From positions 32,805 through 96,804 of IMG/VR virus record IMGVR_UViG_3300009424_000011: a stretch of 64,000 nt of DNA; one strand, 5' to 3'. This DNA comes from a virus (lineage: Duplodnaviria; Caudoviricetes). Under the pieces are notes generated by a model. The model was given only the letters and a program-made list of their open reading frames with translations, made no database searches and was not told the DNA's origin. The position numbers and the translations under genes were made by a program. Below, one piece after another: positions 58,369-64,000 of this stretch (positions are counted from its first letter, which is position 1; every line of letters begins with the position of its first letter).

Positions 58369-58635
58369 TTAGTCGTCTGCCAGCTTTCCAACGTAGCAAT
58401 ACGAATTGTATTGTTCCGGGTGAATTTCGCCGTCCTTACACAGCATGTCCGACCAGTTGCTAAATTCTTCATTGATAGCAACCGAATCGTTTTCGCCGTA
58501 GTGTGCGATCACATCGGGAAGCACTTCTTCGTCAAAGCGCTTGGAAAGCTCCTCTTCGCTGGCAATCTGGCCGTTGTCCTCGGCGTAGAGTTCCACCATT
58601 TCGAGGGTGTCCACGCGATCCCAGAAGCCAGCCAT
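58369..58635 (-). CDS. early acidic hypothetical protein
   Basis: MAGFWDRVD...NWSDMLCKDGEI...; TAATG overlap. Confidence 0.65.
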   Translation of the reverse strand: MAGFWDRVDTLEMVELYAEDNGQIASEEELSKRFDEEVLPDVIAHYGENDSVAINEEFSNWSDMLCKDGEIHPEQYNSYCYVGKLADD

Positions 58636-58721
58636 TAGCGGCGGCCCTTTGCGATCCACGAGGAAAGAATGGCGATGCGCGCACGCTTGGCGGCAAGGCG
58701 GCGTTTCTGGTGTCGGCTCAT
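58635..58721 (-). CDS. 28-aa basic early peptide (not in the ORF track)
   Basis: MSRHQKRRLAAKRARIAILSSWIAKGRR; GGAGA RBS. Confidence 0.5.
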   Translation of the reverse strand: MSRHQKRRLAAKRARIAILSSWIAKGRR

Positions 58722-58888
58722 AGTCTTTCTCCGTCCGCTTGATTGCGGTGATTCGTTAGTGCCAGTCTAAGCCGATTCGGTCAAGCAGTTTTTCCACTTA
58801 CTTTTCACTTTGATGGTTAACAAATCCCGGCCGACCGTTAACCTTAACAAACCGTTACCAGCCAAGAGGCGGGCCGAAGCCCGCTCCC

Positions 58889-58981
58889 TCAATAGAGATG
58901 CGATTCGCATTCAGGTGAAACAGGGTCGCCCCAATCGCAATCCAGTTCCTTGATCTGGCTGTCCAACCATTTACCATTCGG
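58889..58981 (-). pseudogene. 5'-truncated gene remnant between an intact promoter and terminator
   Basis: The frame PNGKWLDSQIKELDCDWGDPVSPECESHLY* has no RBS or start and begins right at the promoter's CCGAAT. Confidence 0.4.
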
Positions 58982-59210
58982 GTATGGACCGATTCGCTGA
59001 TTCGGTCAAGCACTATTTCCACTTTGATGGTTAACAAAATCAGCCAATCTGTTAACCATATTCCTTAACGGATTCGGCCGCCGGCGTTAACCTTAACAGA
59101 TTGGTCAGTTTCGTTAACCATCTGCTGGTGGGGAGCGTGGGGCTCGGTCGGCTGGTTCGGTCGGTCGGTCCGGGCTCCTGCAAAATGGCGGCGATCATGA
59201 AAATCGAAAT

Positions 59211-59272
59211 GATCCAAACCCAAAACCGGGGCGATCCAAAGTCGCGTCGATCCAAAGCGGCGGTGATCCAAA
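59211..59272. repeat. four GATCCAAA direct repeats
   Basis: At 59211, 59233, 59249 and 59265. Confidence 0.75.
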
Positions 59273-59310
59273 ACGACCAAAAAGCAAAGAGGGGCCGAAG
59301 CCCCTCTCCC

Positions 59311-59586
59311 TTAGTCGCCTTGATAGTCCGGTGCAGCTTCATAGACGAAGTTGGCTTCCGCCCGCCGGATTAGTTCGGCTGTGTTCCAGCCTCTTTCGTG
59401 GGCCACATGGAGCAAATCACCGATAAGGTCTTGGATGGCCGTGTAGTCGTCACCCTCACCTTCTTCGCAGTCGGCGCATTGCGCTTCAAGCGTCGAGTAA
59501 GGCCGTCCGCCATAGGTTTCGATGGTGAAGGTATCGAGGGCGTTCTTTGCCCAGTCGATCCGGGATTGATTGGCTTCGTGCATCAT
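59311..59586 (-). CDS. early hypothetical protein
   Basis: AIQDLIGDLLHVA...A..NF..E motif; coupled ORF. Confidence 0.65.
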   Translation of the reverse strand: MMHEANQSRIDWAKNALDTFTIETYGGRPYSTLEAQCADCEEGEGDDYTAIQDLIGDLLHVAHERGWNTAELIRRAEANFVYEAAPDYQGD

Positions 59587-59870
59587 CCTACATCCTCTTC
59601 TTCGCCGGTCAGTTCCTGCACCAGACAGACATAGGGGCGAGTCGCGCTGTGGTTGATGGTCATAGCAGGGCTCAGCGACAGTTTCGGCATATCAGGGCCA
59701 TAGGTTTCGCCGGTCACGAACAGGTCGTCTGCCACTTGCTGGCGGCGGTCGGAAAATTCGATGTAGTCCCCTTGAAGGGCGCTAATCTTTTCCCGTGCGT
59801 CGTCTTCGTTCTCAGCGATCACATAGGCGGTCGCGGTGATGCTAATGTCCGCATTGTAAAGTTTGGGCAT
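59583..59870 (-). CDS. early hypothetical protein
   Basis: MPKLYNADISITATAYVIAENEDDAREK...; AGGAGA RBS. Confidence 0.65.
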   Translation of the reverse strand: MPKLYNADISITATAYVIAENEDDAREKISALQGDYIEFSDRRQQVADDLFVTGETYGPDMPKLSLSPAMTINHSATRPYVCLVQELTGEEEDVG

Positions 59871-60087
59871 TGGTCTGTCTCCTGCGCTTGAGTGCGCCTG
59901 ATTCGTTTGCCCGTTCCCAGCGATTCGGTCAAGCACTTTTTCCACTTTAATAGTTAACTCATTTCATCAATTTGTTAACCTTAACGATTGGTTACCAATT
60001 TGGAAACCCGGCCCTTGTTCTCAGTGGGCCGGGTCCCGCCGGTGTTTGGAAACCCGGCCCCTGTTCTCAGGGTGCCGGGTCCCGGTA

Positions 60088-60393
60088 TTAGATGGCGTAG
60101 AGCCGGGCATGGAGCCCGGTCAAAGCTTCCACATCAATGGAGCCGCCCAGATCGTAATTGCTCTGACGTGCAACCCGCTTGCTGAGGTCTGCCATGGCCC
60201 CGCTCAGACGTTCCGCCGGTGTGCCCGAGCAGTAGTAGCCGCCACCAAAGTAATTGCGTTCGGTGCCTGTCTCCCGGTCGGTGTTGTAGTTGTGGACCAC
60301 AAACTCTTCGCGGTTTTCGTTGTAGCGCAGCGCGATGCCGCCCGGCATGGTCATGTCATCGCCACGGGTCGGGATTTCAAAAAGTGTCTTCAT
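60088..60393 (-). CDS. early hypothetical protein
   Basis: MKTLFEIPTRG...; AGGAGACAGACC-ATG. Confidence 0.65.
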   Translation of the reverse strand: MKTLFEIPTRGDDMTMPGGIALRYNENREEFVVHNYNTDRETGTERNYFGGGYYCSGTPAERLSGAMADLSKRVARQSNYDLGGSIDVEALTGLHARLYAI

Positions 60394-60562
60394 GGTCTGT
60401 CTCCTGTTTTCCGGTCTCTTCCGGTAAACCCTGATTCGCATTTTCCAGCGATTCGGTCAAGCACTTTTTCCACTTTGAAGAATGGTTAACACGATAGACC
60501 GATTCCGTTAACCTTAACGAATGTTTACACCCAAAGAAAAAGGCGGGTTGCCCCGCCTTTCC

Positions 60563-60961
60563 TTATTCGCCGAGATAGAACATTCCGACAAAGGCTTGCA
60601 GGGCCTCGTCTTCCTGTTCGGTGGTGTCATGGTAGGTGGTCCACGGCGTGCCCCAGTCCTGCCACTGCAAGAAAGGTTCGCCGCCGATGTCACCATATAC
60701 CCGCAAGGCCGGTCCGCCGGTCGAGAGCAGAATCGCGAACTCTTCCGGCTCCGATTCGCCGCCCGGTGCCCGCCATCCGTCGCGCACTTCCACGGAAAGC
60801 GGCATTTCCTGAATCCGGTTCTGCACGTCGTCCGGGTCGGTGAAGGTCTCCCCGTCGAACTCAGCCGATTCGGCTCCGTCGTTCAGGGCTTCCAGCGCGG
60901 CCATCGCCCCGACGATTGTCGAGAGCCAGCCCCGTGCATTGCTGATTGCGTGTTCGCTCAT
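60563..60961 (-). CDS. early acidic hypothetical protein
   Basis: MSEHAISNA...ILLSTGGPALRVYG...LQWQDWGTPW; GGAGA RBS. Confidence 0.7.
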   Translation of the reverse strand: MSEHAISNARGWLSTIVGAMAALEALNDGAESAEFDGETFTDPDDVQNRIQEMPLSVEVRDGWRAPGGESEPEEFAILLSTGGPALRVYGDIGGEPFLQWQDWGTPWTTYHDTTEQEDEALQAFVGMFYLGE

Positions 60962-61182
60962 TTGGTTTGTCTCCGTTGTTGGTGATCCCGGTCTAGGGTG
61001 ATTCGCTGTTTCGGTCAAGCACTTTTTCCACTTCAAAGTTGGTTAACAAGTGAAACACTTCTGTTAAGGTTAACGAACCGTTACCAGAAAGAAAAATGCC
61101 GGGGTGCATGATGCAACCCCGGCGGCGATGATCAGTAAGAACACACCCAGCAGCAGCCGGGCCACGGCGTCAAGGCAGCCCA

Positions 61183-61539
61183 TCAGCTTCGCAACTGTCG
61201 AGGGTCGCGATCCCAGCAAAAGATACGCGCAAGGCGTTCGTAGCTTGCCGGTGTGATGTTGTCCGACGGGTGCAGCGATTCATAGGTTTCAGCACCTGTT
61301 TGATAATCGCGGTCCGGGTCAATTGTGGAAAACCAGCGACCGGAATCCTCCATGCCATTACGGCCTAGGTATTGTTCAGCGTCCCGCAAGCTCCACTCCA
61401 AGTCTGAGTCATCCAGTTCATCGACCTGTTCGATTGATACCTTCATATGGAAGAAACGAGCCGGAAGGACGAATCCCCGTTCTTCGGCGTCGCCTTGTTC
61501 GGCGCTTTCCGGGGTCACAATTTCGTAAGTGATTCGCAT
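61183..61539 (-). CDS. early acidic hypothetical protein
   Basis: MRITYEIVTPESAEQGDAEERGF...; AGGAGA RBS. Confidence 0.7.
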   Translation of the reverse strand: MRITYEIVTPESAEQGDAEERGFVLPARFFHMKVSIEQVDELDDSDLEWSLRDAEQYLGRNGMEDSGRWFSTIDPDRDYQTGAETYESLHPSDNITPASYERLARIFCWDRDPRQLRS

Positions 61540-61709
61540 GGTCTGTCTCCTTTGTGGTGATTCGTTGGTGCCATTATCCACTGATTCGGTCAAGCACTTT
61601 TTCCACGATTAACAACCCACCCCTATTTGTTAAGGTTAACGGGTCCCTACCAGAAAAAGGTGAGGGGCAGGGCGACCAAACCCTGCCCCTCTGCCGAGAG
61701 CCCGAAGGC

Positions 61710-62156
61710 TCAATCGGCCGGAGTCAATTCCTTGTGGCGCTCTTTCTCCACGTATTCACGGGCGACAGCGAAGCCCATATATTCACGGGCCGTTTCCTGC
61801 CACGCCGCCCCAGCGATGAACGGGGTTTCGAGCGTCGCCACGTCTGCCTTGACGACAGCCTTGGCGTATTGATCCAGCGCCTGAAAGATGAAGGCGTGCA
61901 TCAACGGGGTCTTGCACCACGTCATGACCAGATTCATGAACTCGACATTGGTCAGCGCGGATTCCGGGTGCGGGTGCAACTCGCATCCATCAACCCGGTG
62001 GGTCTTGCCGTTCACGTCTGTGACGGTCCAGATGTCTTCGTTTTCATCAACACACCGCCCGATCGTGACGGTCTGCTTGGGGATGTAAACCCCAGTGGTC
62101 GATTCGCCGCCGTTGAAGGTCGTTTCGCGGCGCTTGAAAAGTGAGGCGTCTTGCAT
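61710..62156 (-). CDS. early hypothetical protein
   Basis: MQDASLFKRR...TNVEFM..VM; AAGGAGA RBS. Confidence 0.65.
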   Translation of the reverse strand: MQDASLFKRRETTFNGGESTTGVYIPKQTVTIGRCVDENEDIWTVTDVNGKTHRVDGCELHPHPESALTNVEFMNLVMTWCKTPLMHAFIFQALDQYAKAVVKADVATLETPFIAGAAWQETAREYMGFAVAREYVEKERHKELTPAD

Positions 62157-62312
62157 GGTCTTTCTCCTTCCGGCTCCGTGCCGGTGATTCGGTAATAGGC
62201 CGGTGATTCGATTCACGCAAGCACTTTCTCCATTTATTTTTCCAGTGGTTATCGGGCTGTTAACCTTAACGAATTTTTACAGACAAAAAGAGAGGGGCCA
62301 AAGCCCCTCCCC

Positions 62313-62564
62313 TCAGCGCGGGTTGGCCGGTCGAGAGCCGCCAACCCGTGGGAGATTGACCCCGTGCCATTCGAAGGCATGGGGCTCTTCCCGTGATCCG
62401 ACCGGGCTCGCGCCAGCTACCTTGAAGATCATTTCGGGCGTTTCGTCCGGCATTTCGTAATGGTCTCGCCAGACTTGAGTCACTTCCGCCACCGTGTTGG
62501 CAACCACGAACAAGTCGTAGTTTTCGCCGTTGAAGTGAGCAACGAAAAATAGCTTCATGTTCAA
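62313..62564 (-). CDS. early hypothetical protein
   Basis: GAGGAG RBS; coupled ORF. Confidence 0.6.
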   Translation of the reverse strand: MNMKLFFVAHFNGENYDLFVVANTVAEVTQVWRDHYEMPDETPEMIFKVAGASPVGSREEPHAFEWHGVNLPRVGGSRPANPR

Positions 62565-62833
62565 TACTCCTCGTGGCCGGTCCAGAACTCAGCGTGCCGT
62601 TCGCAGAGGGCGTTAAGCGCCTCTTTGTGATCATCCGAGAACCGATCCCAGAAGTCAGCGACCGAATCCATACCGTGGCAGGGCTCTTCCGATACTTCCG
62701 GCGACGGGGCCTTGTAATCGTTCACACAACCCCAAAGGGCGCTGTAAAGGCCGGGAACGGCGTCAACACCATCCCAACACTCAGCTACTTCGTCCGGGCG
62801 GATGTGGCTGAAATCTGCTGCTGCTTTGATCAT
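62561..62833 (-). CDS. early acidic hypothetical protein
   Basis: GGAGACAGACC RBS; own promoter module. Confidence 0.65.
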   Translation of the reverse strand: MIKAAADFSHIRPDEVAECWDGVDAVPGLYSALWGCVNDYKAPSPEVSEEPCHGMDSVADFWDRFSDDHKEALNALCERHAEFWTGHEEY

Positions 62834-63024
62834 TGGTCTGTCTCCGTTTCAACTGATTCGTTTCTAGGCGGTGCAAGCGATTTGGTCAAGAACTTTTTCC
62901 ACCGAACTCCACTTGTTGTTAACCTTAACGAATGGTTACCAAAAGAAAAGGGGCTGGCACGCGGCCAGCCCAGTTGCAAGGATAAGGAAGAGGACGCCCA
63001 CACCTAGGCGGGCGAGTGCGTCGA

Positions 63025-63474
63025 TCAATCCGATGTCTCGTCCTCCTCTTCCGGAACGTTCCACGTAATGAGGAACCACGCTTGACAGTATTCCTCGCAG
63101 CCGAAGCCGTCGTCCTCTTCGTCGCGGAAATCCAGCGAAGGATCGAAAGCTTTCCGGTCCAGTTCCATGGGATGAACGTCCACAAACGCACGCAGGATCG
63201 CTTTCCGAGCCTTGTCGTGGTCATAGCCAGCACGCTCACCAGCCAGATCGTAAGCCACCGAGTCGAACTCGCTCAGCAGTTCGTTCTTGACTTCACCGAT
63301 GGAAGTATCGCCGAAGACGATTGCGCCCAGCAGCAATTCGCCATCGCGATTGTGGTGGTCATTCAGAAAGGATGAAAGACAGGTATCGATATGAACGCAG
63401 GCGAAGCCGTCGTCCGATTCGTCGCGGCGAGCTTGTAGTTGCTCTTGCACCGAAGGTAGGAAAGGTGATGACAT
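63025..63474 (-). CDS. early acidic hypothetical protein
   Basis: MSSPFLPSVQEQ...; GGAGA RBS. Confidence 0.65.
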   Translation of the reverse strand: MSSPFLPSVQEQLQARRDESDDGFACVHIDTCLSSFLNDHHNRDGELLLGAIVFGDTSIGEVKNELLSEFDSVAYDLAGERAGYDHDKARKAILRAFVDVHPMELDRKAFDPSLDFRDEEDDGFGCEEYCQAWFLITWNVPEEEDETSD

Positions 63475-63633
63475 TTGGTCGTCTCCAAGCGCGGAATTGC
63501 GCTGAACTCTTGATAGGCGAGTCGTAGGTGATTCGCAAGCCAATTCGTCCAGAAGTTTTTCCACTTAGTTACCACGCTGTTAAGGTTAACGGCTGGTTAC
63601 CGGGCAAAAAGAGAGGGGCCGAAGCCCCTACTC

Positions 63634-63873
63634 TCAATCTTCGAAGTAGAGGTCCAGCAAGGCTTGTGCGGCCTCTTCCGTGGTGTCGAAGGGACCGCTC
63701 CAATCAGTGCAATCGAGATAGCCCGGAGCCGAGAGGCGTGCATAAATCTTGTCGTCTTCCAGATCGAGCCCGGCTTCCATAATCGCTTCCTGAATGTCCG
63801 CACCCATGTAGGATTGCGGCTTCATGAATGAGTCCTTGGCGGCTTCCTTGAGGCGTTCAATAGCTGTTTGCAT
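63634..63873 (-). CDS. early acidic hypothetical protein
   Basis: MQTAIERL...YARLSAPGYLDCTDWSGPFDT.EEA; GGAGACAGACC-ATG. Confidence 0.7.
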   Translation of the reverse strand: MQTAIERLKEAAKDSFMKPQSYMGADIQEAIMEAGLDLEDDKIYARLSAPGYLDCTDWSGPFDTTEEAAQALLDLYFED

Positions 63874-64000
63874 GGTCTGTCTCCGTTTCAACTGATTCGT
63901 TTCTAGGTGACCCAAGTGATTCGGTCAAGCACTTTTTCCACTTTGATGGTTAAGAAGATCGGCCGGCACGTTAACCTTAACGATAGGTTACCGGACAAAA

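Larger units (their letters stand above)
54430..63991 (-). promoter_or_regulatory. array of about 19 conserved early promoter modules (GTGGAAAAAGTGC-TTGACC-GAATC-N12-TAGA(C/A)(C/A)-CGAATCA...GGAGACAGACC-ATG)
   Basis: GATTCGGTCAAG core (+ strand) at 54458, 54907, 55293, 55643, 56315, 56678, 58031, 58300, 58774, 58999, 59922, 60450, 61583 and 63918, with variants near 57225, 61008, 62210, 62879 and 63541. Confidence 0.9.
54528..63991. promoter_or_regulatory. 13 CtrA-type boxes TTAA-N7-TTA(A/C), one per intergenic module
   Basis: At 54528, 54966, 55352, 56374 (perfect TTAA-N7-TTAA), 57295, 58844, 59981, 60514, 61070, 62266, 62925, 63586 and 63977. Confidence 0.7.

Noticed and set aside
59996-60086. 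Tandem GGAAACCCGGCCC.TGTTCTCAG repeats (similar sequence at 54986-55047) as a mobile element
   Set aside because: Better explained as duplicated terminator-like hairpins. No transposase or target-site duplication.
59583-63915. Extended N-termini in the ORF track (MEKVLDRI..., MTESV..., MKWKKCLTE...)
   Set aside because: These are read-throughs of the conserved promoter module. Starts were reassigned to the ATG after GGAGA.
54430-63991. CRISPR array or integron cassette array
   Set aside because: The repeats are degenerate promoter/terminator modules separated by whole genes of variable length. There are no fixed-length spacers, cas genes, attC-like structure or integrase.

Overview
64 kb of a large, GC-rich, tailed (siphovirus-type) bacteriophage of Alphaproteobacteria. 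The gene content resembles phiCbK-like Caulobacter/Sphingomonad phages; that taxonomic placement is inference. 1-8.1 kb (+ strand) is a nucleotide-metabolism block: two MazG-like proteins, a stand-alone class II aminoacyl-tRNA-synthetase-like catalytic core, class Ia NrdA/NrdB, an HNH endonuclease, glutaredoxin and an XRE regulator. 8.2-52.8 kb (- strand), read in transcription order, carries PhoH, a CarF/TMEM189-like lipid desaturase, portal, scaffold, major capsid, head completion genes, tail tube, frameshifted tail chaperones, tape measure, a GTA-like tail tip module with two tandem paralogous tip proteins, fibres, amidase endolysin, spanins, ThyX and an NAD-dependent ligase. 53.3-64 kb is an array of about 20 short mono- or oligocistronic cassettes, each bounded by a conserved promoter module and a terminator. 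The main result is what looks like a phage system wired into the host cell-cycle circuit. The cassette promoters typically place GcrA/CcrM-type GANTC motifs (YGATTCG) beside the -35 and -10 boxes, 13 intergenic modules carry a CtrA-type TTAA-N7-TTA(A/C) box, and one cassette encodes a SciP (DUF1153, CtrA inhibitor) homologue. Other notable items are an unannotated 43-aa ArfA-like ribosome-rescue peptide, a roughly 360-nt highly structured candidate ncRNA/leader with complementary loops upstream of the portal gene, and a separate CACCG(C/A)CATT operator at about 11 middle/late promoters. All protein calls come from motif recognition by eye; no searches were run.
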